From NCBI GenBank assembly GCA_033549025.1, contig JAWSUS010000003.1, forward strand, positions 1 to 64,000: DNA of 64,000 nt, written 5' to 3'. This document shows, in pieces, positions 37,788 to 46,459 of this stretch. Position numbers and translations under genes: made by a program. This DNA comes from Desulfuromonadales bacterium. Lineage in GTDB: Bacteria; Desulfobacterota; Desulfuromonadia; Desulfuromonadales; SZUA-540. Each line of letters opens with the position of its first letter. The stretch's first letter is position 1. Under the pieces are notes generated by a model. The model worked only from the letters and a program-made list of their open reading frames with translations, was not told where the DNA came from and made no database searches.

Positions 37788-40229
37788 ATGTCGGAAGAAA
37801 AAAACAAAGAACTGGAAGAACTGGAAAATCTGAGCCCAGAGGAACAGGAAAAGCTGAAAAAGCTCATGGAGAAGGACGCCAAGTCCTACCGCTCTCCCAC
37901 GGGCTTTTTCAAAGGGCTGGTAGCCCTGCTGGGCGCGGGCATGGTCATTTTCTATTTTTACACCGCCGGCCTGGCGGCCGTAGCGACTCAGTACCATCGA
38001 GGGGTCTACGTCTTTGCCACCTACGTGCTGGTGTTTCTGCTTTACCCGGCCGGCAAGGTAAAAATCCGCCTCCCCCTTACGGCGGTTCTGTCCATTATCC
38101 TTTCCATGCTGGGGACTGCCCTCCTGTTTTTCTCCGACATGGCGACCTTCCATGCCCGGTTGCTGGAAATAGGCGACCACTACGCCGCTGACGGACTTGG
38201 CGGAGCGATTGCCTCGGCCGCCGGGCTTTGGCAGGTCGGCGTCGGTGCCGTGCTGATTTTCGCCCTGGTCACATTCGGCGACCGCCTCATTATGCGCCGA
38301 TCGGGAAGCAACCCGACGATTTCCGATATCCTCTTCGCCCTGCTCTCAGCAGCCGTGGTCTATTACTGGATGCACGAGTTCGAAAATCTCAATTACCGGG
38401 CCGGAGCGGAAAACGAGCTCGACGCCATGGTCAGCATTGTCGGCGTCTTTCTCTCTCTGGAAGTCTGCCGCCGCGTCCTCGGCTGGTCCATGACCCTCAT
38501 CGGCGTCGGCATGATTGTCTACGGTTATTTCGGCCCCTACTTCCCCGACATGCTCTCGCATCGCGGTTTCGGTATCGAGCGCCTGGCCACGGCTCTCTAC
38601 CTGACCACCAACGGGGTATTCGGCGTCATGGCCAACGTACTGGCCACCTACGTCATTCTCTTTATCTTTTTCGGTGCCTTCCTGCACAAGAGCGGAGCAG
38701 GCAAATTCTTTATCGACCTGCCCCTGGCCATTGCAGGGAACAGCACTGGCGGGCCAGCGAAGGTAGCGGTCATCGCCTCGGCCCTGTTCGGTTCTGTTTC
38801 GGGTAGCGCCATCGCCAACACGGTCTCCACCGGCGCCTTCACCATCCCTCTCATGAAACGAGCGGGATTCAAACCCCACGTGGCCGGCGCCATAGAGCCG
38901 GCCGCTTCCATCGGCGGCATGTTTCTGCCGCCCATTATGGGGGCCGGGGGCTTCCTGATGGCCGAACTGACCAATACCTCCTACGCCACCATCATGATGA
39001 TCGCCGTCTTTCCCGCCCTGCTTTACTTTTTTTCCGTCTTCTGCATGATTCACTTCGAGGCGAAGAAACAAGGGCTCAAGGGCATTCAGGGCGAAGAATT
39101 TCCACACTGGAAGGTCGTGCTCAAGCGTGAATGGTATTTCAGTTTGCCGCTGGTCATCATCACCGTGCTGATGATCATGGGTCGCTCTCCCGGTTATTCC
39201 GCTTTCTGGGCAACGATCTCGTGCGTTGTCATCAGCTGGTTCCGTAAAGAGACCCGCATGGGGATCAAGGAGATCTGGGAGGCCATTCTCACCGGTGCCA
39301 ACAACACCCTGATTATCGGCGCCACCCTCGGGGTTATCGGCATTATCGTCGGCACCATATCCCTCACCGGCATCGGCCTGAAGTTTTCCGATATCATCAT
39401 CTCCATGGCCCAGGGGAACCTCATGATGGCCCTGCTGCTGGTCGGCCTGGCGTCCCTGGTGCTCGGCATGGGGGTACCGGTGACGGCGGCCTACCTGATC
39501 ACTGCCGTACTGGCCGTGCCGCCCCTGGTCGAGATGGGTGTGCCCGTTATTGCCGCGCACATGATCGTCTACTGGCTCAGCCAGGATTCCAACATCACTC
39601 CACCGGTCTGCGTGGCGGCCTACGCCGGCGCCGCCATCGCCGGTTCGGACCCCTGGAAGACCGGATGGACCAGCTTCAAGTTCGCCAAGCTGCTCTATGT
39701 TATGCCGATCCTCTTTGCCTTCACACCGTCGATCCTCTTCCAGGCCAAGCCGATCAACGTCAAGATGCCGGAGATCCACGCCGAAGTCCCCTTTGCCTCC
39801 GTCCTCAAAGTCGACATCAAGGAAGGGGACGAGTTCGTCAAAGGCGACATCCTGGCGACCGTGCTGGTGGAAGACAAGCCGGTGGACATCAAGGCGAAAA
39901 AAGATGGTCGTGTCACCCAGGTCAAGACCTTTGCCGGCGGGCTGGCCAATCCCGGGGACGTGCTGATCGAAGGTGAGATCATCGCGACCAAGACCAAGGT
40001 GTTCTCCTCCTTCTTCTCGGCCGTCCTGGGAACCATCGCCTTCTCATCGCTGACCATGTTCTTCTGGATCCGCCGCACCAGTATCCCCGAATGGCTGATT
40101 CTGGCTGCCGCCACCATCCTGCTTTACTGGCCGACGTTGATTACGGATGCTGTCGGCATCGGCCTGGTGGCCATCGTCTTTATCATGCAGAAGGCTAAAA
40201 ACAAACGGGAACAGGCGCTGGCCGCCTGA
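37788..40229 (+). CDS. TRAP transporter fused permease (4TM/12TM) with inserted biotinyl/lipoyl-like domain
   Basis: GGPAKVAV, SGSAIAN, PPIMGAGGFLMAE, LGMGVP, ITPPVC; soluble beta-rich insert near the C-terminus. Confidence 0.92.
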   Translation: MSEEKNKELEELENLSPEEQEKLKKLMEKDAKSYRSPTGFFKGLVALLGAGMVIFYFYTAGLAAVATQYHRGVYVFATYVLVFLLYPAGKVKIRLPLTAVLSIILSMLGTALLFFSDMATFHARLLEIGDHYAADGLGGAIASAAGLWQVGVGAVLIFALVTFGDRLIMRRSGSNPTISDILFALLSAAVVYYWMHEFENLNYRAGAENELDAMVSIVGVFLSLEVCRRVLGWSMTLIGVGMIVYGYFGPYFPDMLSHRGFGIERLATALYLTTNGVFGVMANVLATYVILFIFFGAFLHKSGAGKFFIDLPLAIAGNSTGGPAKVAVIASALFGSVSGSAIANTVSTGAFTIPLMKRAGFKPHVAGAIEPAASIGGMFLPPIMGAGGFLMAELTNTSYATIMMIAVFPALLYFFSVFCMIHFEAKKQGLKGIQGEEFPHWKVVLKREWYFSLPLVIITVLMIMGRSPGYSAFWATISCVVISWFRKETRMGIKEIWEAILTGANNTLIIGATLGVIGIIVGTISLTGIGLKFSDIIISMAQGNLMMALLLVGLASLVLGMGVPVTAAYLITAVLAVPPLVEMGVPVIAAHMIVYWLSQDSNITPPVCVAAYAGAAIAGSDPWKTGWTSFKFAKLLYVMPILFAFTPSILFQAKPINVKMPEIHAEVPFASVLKVDIKEGDEFVKGDILATVLVEDKPVDIKAKKDGRVTQVKTFAGGLANPGDVLIEGEIIATKTKVFSSFFSAVLGTIAFSSLTMFFWIRRTSIPEWLILAAATILLYWPTLITDAVGIGLVAIVFIMQKAKNKREQALAA

Positions 40230-40252
40230 ACCGCTGTCTCGCGAGGAACACC

Positions 40253-40702
40253 ATGAAAAGCATCAAGAAAATACTCTATGCGACCGATTTTTCGGAAAGT
40301 GCCGACGATGCGGCGGAATATGCACTAACTCTGGCCAAACTGGCAGGAGCCACCGTGCATGTCCTGCATGTTATCGGCGAATTGATGGACAGTCGCAAAA
40401 GCCAGATTCAGCCCGAAGCCTTTGCCATGCTGGAAAAGAATGTGGAGGTGCAGACGGTCAAGGAGATGGAGGACTTCTGTCAAAGCCGCTTCGGGGAGCA
40501 GATTCCCTATACGTCGGAAGTGGTCATCGGCACGCCCTTTCAGCAGATTATCGAAAAGGCCAAGGCTGTCAGCGCCGATCTGATCGTCATGGGCACCCAC
40601 GGGCGGACCGGCATCGAACATGTCATTGTGGGCAGCACCGCTGAAAGAGTGGTCAGACGCTCGAAAATCCCTGTTCTCACGGTACAGCAGCAGGCGAACT
40701 GA
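40253..40702 (+). CDS. Universal stress protein
   Basis: KILYATDFS, DLIVMGTHGRTG, GSTAERVVR. Confidence 0.93.
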   Translation: MKSIKKILYATDFSESADDAAEYALTLAKLAGATVHVLHVIGELMDSRKSQIQPEAFAMLEKNVEVQTVKEMEDFCQSRFGEQIPYTSEVVIGTPFQQIIEKAKAVSADLIVMGTHGRTGIEHVIVGSTAERVVRRSKIPVLTVQQQAN

Positions 40703-40731
40703 CTTACCCACAGTCCCGGAGGAATTCGGCC

Positions 40732-41709
40732 ATGAGCAAGCGTTTTTTTTACCTATGCATTCTTTTTATTCCGCTTTTAGCCGCCCTGCCCGCCAGCCTG
40801 GCCCTGGCCGCCCCCCCGCAGGTTCGCCTGGTGAGCGGCCCGGCTGGGGGAACTTTTGATGTGGTGGGAGACACGATCACCCGGCTGATCAATGAAAAAA
40901 GTGGCGAGATGGCCGTCAGCCGCAGCATCTCCGCCGGCTCGGTGGAAAACCTGCGCCGCCTCAGCTCCGGCGAGGCCGATCTCGGCATTGTCTACGCCGG
41001 CGATCTCTTCCTGGCCCAGCAGGGACGTTTGCCCTACGATGCCCGCACCTATGACAATGTGCTGCCCGCCGCCTATCTCTACAGCGCCCCAGCCCAGATG
41101 CTGGTACGCCAGGACAGCGACATCGAAACGGTAGAAGATCTGGCCGGCAAGCGCGTGGCCATCGGCGGGCCAGGCTCAGGCGCCGCCGCTGCCGCCCAGC
41201 TCTACCTGACCAGCATCGGCCTGTGGGACCGCATCCGCCCCGACTACACCGGCTATCAGGAGGCGGTCTCCGCCCTGGCGCACCGGTATATCGACGCCAT
41301 CTGGCTCTTCGCCGCTCTGCCCACGCCGGCAGCGACGCACGCAGCCGAAGCTTTTCCCGTGCGCCTGCTCGACCTTCAGGGGGCGGGAGACGCCTCGGGC
41401 TTCTTTACCGCTTACCCCTTTTTCGCACCGACCGTCATTCCGGCGGGAACCTATCCAGGTCTTGATCGTGATGTTTCGACCTTTTCGGATCGCGCCCTGC
41501 TGGCGGCCGGAGCCCAGGTACCCGAGGAAGCCGTACGCGAAGTTTTACGAAAAGTCTTTTCCGCTGAAGGCCTGGAGAGGCTGGGAGAGAGGGAGCCGAG
41601 CCTGGCCAACCTGAACAAACAGCAAGGCGTGCAGGCCAGGGTAACGCCGCTGCATCCCGGAGCCAGGATTTTCTGGAAAGAACAAGGTCTGCAGATACCG
41701 GCCCCTTGA
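40732..41709 (+). CDS. Second TAXI family solute-binding protein
   Basis: Paralogue of 36680..37678 (SAGSVENLRR, GSGAAA, IPAGTY, PLHPGA). Confidence 0.9.
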   Translation: MSKRFFYLCILFIPLLAALPASLALAAPPQVRLVSGPAGGTFDVVGDTITRLINEKSGEMAVSRSISAGSVENLRRLSSGEADLGIVYAGDLFLAQQGRLPYDARTYDNVLPAAYLYSAPAQMLVRQDSDIETVEDLAGKRVAIGGPGSGAAAAAQLYLTSIGLWDRIRPDYTGYQEAVSALAHRYIDAIWLFAALPTPAATHAAEAFPVRLLDLQGAGDASGFFTAYPFFAPTVIPAGTYPGLDRDVSTFSDRALLAAGAQVPEEAVREVLRKVFSAEGLERLGEREPSLANLNKQQGVQARVTPLHPGARIFWKEQGLQIPAP

Positions 41710-41729
41710 TTCTGTTGAAGGGGACATTC

Positions 41730-42125
41730 TCACTCCCAGCGCCCGTTCGAGCGCTGGCGCAGGGCAATGACTTCAACGCGACCCTGGTCGTTGATAAAGG
41801 AACTCAGCAGCCAGCTGACCAGGCTGATAATCAGCGACCCCAGCAGAGCTGAACCGAAACCACGGACATAAAAGCCCGAGATGACCCCGGAAACCATCAT
41901 CAACAGCAGGGCATTGATCACGAAGGTGAACAGGCCCAGGGTCAGAATATTGATCGGCAGAGTGAGCAACAGCAGGATGGGCCGCAGCAGGGCGTTGAGA
42001 ATCCCCAAAGTGGCCGCCGCAAAAAAAGCCGCCGCAAAGCCGCTGGCCGCGATGCCCTCAATCAGGTAGGAGGCGGCCAGAATAGCCAGAGTCAGAATCA
42101 ACCAGCGCAGCAACAATCCTTTCAT
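41730..42125 (-). CDS. YvlD-like 4-TM membrane protein (phage holin family IV)
   Basis: LNALLRPILLLLTLPINILTLGLFTFVINA motif. Confidence 0.88.
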   Translation of the reverse strand: MKGLLLRWLILTLAILAASYLIEGIAASGFAAAFFAAATLGILNALLRPILLLLTLPINILTLGLFTFVINALLLMMVSGVISGFYVRGFGSALLGSLIISLVSWLLSSFINDQGRVEVIALRQRSNGRWE

Positions 42126-42251
42126 AATATCCCCTTTTCAGTCTGGGCCGGCTTTGCAGAAAGCCGGCCTTGTTTTATTATTGGAATCGACGGGCGATTA
42201 TTCCACCGGACCCCTTGTCTGAACCTGTTTCATTTTAGCGGGAGGAGAGCC

Positions 42252-42818
42252 ATGCAGCAACTGATCGAACGCCTTCGCCGGGATGCCCGCACCCTCGGCG
42301 GCCATCTTGTTAAAGTGGACGGCTTCCTCAATCACCAGGTGGACACCGCCCTGCTCGCCCAGGCCGGGCAGCACCTCGCCCGTTTTTTTGCCTCGGCAGA
42401 AATCAGTAAAATCGTCACGGCCGAGGCCAGCGGCATCGTTCCGGCTTTCGCCACGGCTCAGGCTCTCAATATCCCCTTCATCTATGCCCGCAAGAGCCGC
42501 CCCCTCACCATGGCCGACAACCCGCTGTGTGCCGGTGTCACCAGCCGCACCCGGGGTGGCGCTGCCGAACTCTTTCTGTCCCGGGAATATCTGGGCCCGG
42601 GGGATCGCGTCCTGGTGATCGACGATTTTCTCGGCAGCGGTCAGACCGCCGCCGCCCTGGGCCAGATGGTGCAGCAGAGCGGCGCCAGCCTGTGCGCCTT
42701 CGCTTTTCTGGTTGAAAAAGTGTACGAAAGAGGCCGTCTCACCTTGGCGGATTTTCGCCTCCCGGTAAAAACCCTGGCGCGGCTCGACCTCACCGACAGC
42801 GTTGTCAGGATATCCTGA
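42252..42818 (+). CDS. xpt: Xanthine phosphoribosyltransferase
   Basis: KVDGFLNHQVD, TAEASGI, VIDDFLGSG. Confidence 0.9.
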   Translation: MQQLIERLRRDARTLGGHLVKVDGFLNHQVDTALLAQAGQHLARFFASAEISKIVTAEASGIVPAFATAQALNIPFIYARKSRPLTMADNPLCAGVTSRTRGGAAELFLSREYLGPGDRVLVIDDFLGSGQTAAALGQMVQQSGASLCAFAFLVEKVYERGRLTLADFRLPVKTLARLDLTDSVVRIS

Positions 42819-42840
42819 CAACGCCTGGGCGGAGTGGCAC

Positions 42841-43758
42841 ATGGAAGACGATCGCACCCACATAGTCCTGCAAAAGGACGGCCGCCGGTTCGGCCTCAGC
42901 GAGTTTGGTGCGCCTACGGGAAAGCCTCTCTTCTATTTCCACGGCTTTCCCGGCTCTCGCCTGGAGGCCCGGCTTGTCCATGAAGTGGCGCGCAGACAGC
43001 ATATCCGCCTCATCGCCGTCGACAGACCGGGCTATGGCCAATCGTCCTACCAACCCCACAGACGGCTTGCGCACTGGCCACGGGATATCGCCGCGATTGC
43101 CGATATCCTCGAACTGGACAGATTCAGCGTGCTTGGCGTTTCGGGCGGCGCCCCCTATGCGGTGGCCTGTGCTCGTTTCATGCCGGAACGCCTTATTTCA
43201 ACGGGAATTGTCTGCGGTCTCGCGCCCTTGGACGAGGCGGATTTATTGGGACGGCTCAAAGGGCGGGACCGCCGTTTCGTCTGGCTTAAAAAACTGCCGC
43301 GCCCTCTTTATCGTCTGCCCCTGCTATTGGCGGGGATGGCGGCAAGGCGACGGCCCCAGCGCCTGCTGCGCCTGATCGCCCGGACGCTGCCCCCCTGTGA
43401 TCGGGCAGTGATAACGGACGGCGAGATTGGCCCGCTGCTGGCCAGTTCTTTGCGTGAAGCCTTCAGCCAAGGCAATGCCGGCGCTTTTGCCGACCTCCTT
43501 TTGTATGGCGAACCCTGGGACTTCGCCCTGGAAGAGATCCGCACCCCGGTTCTGCTCTGGCACGGCGAAAGGGATACGGTCGTCCCCTGCGCCATGGGAC
43601 ACTTTCTGGCCGAAAAAATTCCCGACTGCAAGGGGATTTTTCTAGCGGACGAAGGGCATTTTTCCCTGCCACTCCTGCAGGCGGAAGCGATTCTGACGGG
43701 GCTGATGAATCAGGACGATTTGCCGGCGGCTGACAATACCGGGCCGGCCAGGGGGTAG
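42841..43758 (+). CDS. Alpha/beta hydrolase
   Basis: FHGFPGSR, DRPGYG, GVSGG nucleophile elbow, WHGERD, EGH. Confidence 0.9.
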   Translation: MEDDRTHIVLQKDGRRFGLSEFGAPTGKPLFYFHGFPGSRLEARLVHEVARRQHIRLIAVDRPGYGQSSYQPHRRLAHWPRDIAAIADILELDRFSVLGVSGGAPYAVACARFMPERLISTGIVCGLAPLDEADLLGRLKGRDRRFVWLKKLPRPLYRLPLLLAGMAARRRPQRLLRLIARTLPPCDRAVITDGEIGPLLASSLREAFSQGNAGAFADLLLYGEPWDFALEEIRTPVLLWHGERDTVVPCAMGHFLAEKIPDCKGIFLADEGHFSLPLLQAEAILTGLMNQDDLPAADNTGPARG

Positions 43759-44885
43759 GAGGCGGTGAAGAGGGTGCCTGTTTCGGCGGAACTGGCGAAA
43801 TGGACCGTGCCGCCCAGGTAATTGCTGAGCAGTTTCATACTGTAGGTGCCCAGCCCCCGTGAGCCCCCCTTGGTGGAGAAGGAGCGCTGGAAAATACCGG
43901 CCTTGGCCTCCGGTGACAGCACCCCGGGGTTGTGCACACAGAAGACGATGCGCTCTTCGTCGCCCCGGCATCCCAGGGTGACCCGTTCCCCGACGGGGCA
44001 GGCCTCCAGGGCGTTCTTGAGCATGTTGCCCAGCACGCGGCCGAGCAAAGTCTGGTCGCTGGTCATAAGAAGATCTGCCGCAGCGGAGTCGACCGTCAAT
44101 TCCCTGCCGGCGGCCACTTCGTGCCGACGATAAATCTCGGCCAAATTTTCCACAAGAGCGAGACTGGAGAAGGATTCCACATCCAGCGCCAATTCCCCCG
44201 ACTCGGCCGCCGCCAGGGCTCGCTGGGCCTCGATCTCGTCAATGGTCTGCTCAGCGGCCAACTGGATCAGGTCGAAAATCCGCTCTTGCTGTCCCGGATC
44301 GCAGACACGCAGATGTTCGGCAAACCCCTTGATGCTCCCGACCACGTTCAAAACGTCATGGAAGAACATGCGTTCCAGAAAGGCGCGGCGCTTTTCATGA
44401 CTGACATCCGCCAGCGCGAAGACCGAAAAAGTCTCTTCCTGAAAGGTCAGCGGCGTGGCGCGGACCAGCAGATCAAGGGCCTCCATCCGACCGTCAAGCT
44501 GACGGGAAATGCGGAACTCCCGCTCAGCCGCCTCCCCGGCCAAGGCGCTCAGCACGGCCAGGGCGGCACCGCAGCTATGGCACATGGGGCCGTCGCCGCA
44601 GCCCTGCCCGCTGGTTGCGACCCGCACGCACCGTAAGGCCTCGCCGGGACGAAGCCCCCGCAGGGTTTCGACATCACACACGCCGACAAGATCGAGGAGA
44701 GGTTTGTTGGCGTAGACGATCTGCCGCTGGTCGTTGACGATGGCTACCACCGTGGGCAAGGCGTCCAGCAGGTGGCGGGACAGGAACTCGTCCGAGAAAT
44801 AGCGCGCTTGCCGCGACAGCACATCCTCGCCCGACCGTCCATCGGCATTGGGGGCCGAAAAAGCTTTCTCAGAGATTAACGTCAC
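43710..44885 (-). CDS. PAS-domain sensor histidine kinase
   Basis: FFHDVLN H-box, NMLKNALEA, FSTKG..RGLGTY. Confidence 0.85.
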   Translation of the reverse strand: MTLISEKAFSAPNADGRSGEDVLSRQARYFSDEFLSRHLLDALPTVVAIVNDQRQIVYANKPLLDLVGVCDVETLRGLRPGEALRCVRVATSGQGCGDGPMCHSCGAALAVLSALAGEAAEREFRISRQLDGRMEALDLLVRATPLTFQEETFSVFALADVSHEKRRAFLERMFFHDVLNVVGSIKGFAEHLRVCDPGQQERIFDLIQLAAEQTIDEIEAQRALAAAESGELALDVESFSSLALVENLAEIYRRHEVAAGRELTVDSAAADLLMTSDQTLLGRVLGNMLKNALEACPVGERVTLGCRGDEERIVFCVHNPGVLSPEAKAGIFQRSFSTKGGSRGLGTYSMKLLSNYLGGTVHFASSAETGTLFTASYPLAGPVLSAAGKSS

Positions 44886-44964
44886 AAATAGGCCTCCCTC
44901 CCCAAGTCATAGGCCACTATTTGAACATGACAGGCGGATTAAAAGCAAGAGAGGCGGCAGGCGA

Positions 44965-45663
44965 TCACTGACGCAAGTGAAATCGCAGACGGCGCGAGGC
45001 GACTTCGACCAGATCCCCTTCTTTCAGAGGGCTATCTTCCGTCACGCTGCGACCGTTGATTTTCAGACGAAGGCGACCCTCCCCCGGCGACAGGGTATAA
45101 CCATCCTTGCCCCGCAGGATGTAGCCCCCGACCTTGGGAGCAAACCAGCCCTTCAAGGGGATGTCGGCGCCGGCATCCTTGCCCATGACGGTCAGCGAGC
45201 GGGTCAGTTCAAACTCCCCTTCCCCGCCCGCGCGGCCAACCTCGGTCAGAACGCCGAGGGGGCAGCCCGACAGTTCCATCCGGTCAAGCGCCTCCCGATG
45301 CTGCCGTGTTTCCAGTACCATGGTCTTGTCCATGTCCAGTTCCCGCAGGGCAGTACCGGAGGAGACATTTTCGCCCTCTTCGATCATGAAGACGAGGGTG
45401 TGCTTGCCGATCGTGACCGCGTCATCCGGCTTGAGACCCCAGCGCGTTATTTTCCGGCCATTCACAAAGGTTCCGTTGGTGCTGTTGAGGTCTTCGATAA
45501 AGTAGTGCCCCAACTGATTTTCCACCCGGGCGTGAAAACTCGAAACGGCCAGGTTGTCGATCTGCAGATCGTTCTCCAGGTTTCGTCCGATCGTCAACTG
45601 TTCCTTGTCCGTATCAACGACTTTGAGAACCTTGTCGTTGAATTTGAGTAGAATTCTGAGCAT
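44965..45663 (-). CDS. Double FHA domain protein
   Basis: IGR..NDLQIDNLAVSSFHA and DLNSTNGTFVNG; second degenerate FHA at the C-terminus. Confidence 0.9.
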   Translation of the reverse strand: MLRILLKFNDKVLKVVDTDKEQLTIGRNLENDLQIDNLAVSSFHARVENQLGHYFIEDLNSTNGTFVNGRKITRWGLKPDDAVTIGKHTLVFMIEEGENVSSGTALRELDMDKTMVLETRQHREALDRMELSGCPLGVLTEVGRAGGEGEFELTRSLTVMGKDAGADIPLKGWFAPKVGGYILRGKDGYTLSPGEGRLRLKINGRSVTEDSPLKEGDLVEVASRRLRFHLRQ

Positions 45664-45667
45664 TCCC

Positions 45668-46456
45668 TTATTCCCTCCTCAATCGTGGCAGCCGTTCCGT
45701 GAAGAAGCGGCTGATGCCGTTGGGCTGACAAAAAAGCAGCACGGCGGTGATATTGTCCTTTCCCCCGGCGGCATTGGCGGCATCGACCAGGCGGGCGCAG
45801 GCGGTGCGCGGGTCGTCCGTCGACAGGACCAGAGACAGGATGGTTTCGTCCTCAAGCATGTCGGTAAGACCGTCGGTACACAGCAGGTATCGATCCCCCT
45901 CTTGAATGGTGTGCGAAGCGACAGAGACCTCTGTATTCGGGAAAGATCCCAGGGCCCGGGTCAGCACATGACGATGGGGTGATAGAGTCGCATCGGCCGG
46001 CGAGATCAACCCCTGGAGAACCTGCTCGTGGACCAGCGTGTGATCCTCGGTCAAGGGTTCACTATTTCCGCCACGCATCCGGTAGAGCCGGCTGTCGCCG
46101 ACATGGGCGACGGTCAGCCGCTCGCCCTGAATCCAGGCGGTCACCAGGGTGCAGCCCATCCCTCGCCAGCCCGGGTTGTCGCGGGCTTCGCGTGAAACCG
46201 CCTCGTCAGCGGCCAGCAGGGCTTTTCGCAGTACCTCGTCCGCCGAAAGGTCGACAAAGGTCCTGTCGCGGGCCAAGTCCTCCACGAATTTCTGCACTTC
46301 ACGCACCGCGAGACTGCTGGCCACCTCACCGGCCGCATAGCCGCCCATGCCATCGGCCACGACAAAGAGGCCCTGATCGGGGCAAAGGATGAAGCTGTCC
46401 TCGTTGTTTTCGCGAAGCAGCCCCTGATCGGTCTGTCCCCAAGAGAGGAGGCGCAT
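45668..46456 (-). CDS. PP2C-family Ser/Thr phosphatase (Stp1-like)
   Basis: RENNED, VADGMGG, HVGDSR, LCTDGL, GGKDNIT. Confidence 0.93.
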   Translation of the reverse strand: MRLLSWGQTDQGLLRENNEDSFILCPDQGLFVVADGMGGYAAGEVASSLAVREVQKFVEDLARDRTFVDLSADEVLRKALLAADEAVSREARDNPGWRGMGCTLVTAWIQGERLTVAHVGDSRLYRMRGGNSEPLTEDHTLVHEQVLQGLISPADATLSPHRHVLTRALGSFPNTEVSVASHTIQEGDRYLLCTDGLTDMLEDETILSLVLSTDDPRTACARLVDAANAAGGKDNITAVLLFCQPNGISRFFTERLPRLRRE

Positions 46457-46459
46457 CGG

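Noticed and set aside
41730..42125. Holin as evidence of a prophage
   Set aside because: YvlD-type membrane proteins are common chromosomal genes, and there is no phage context.
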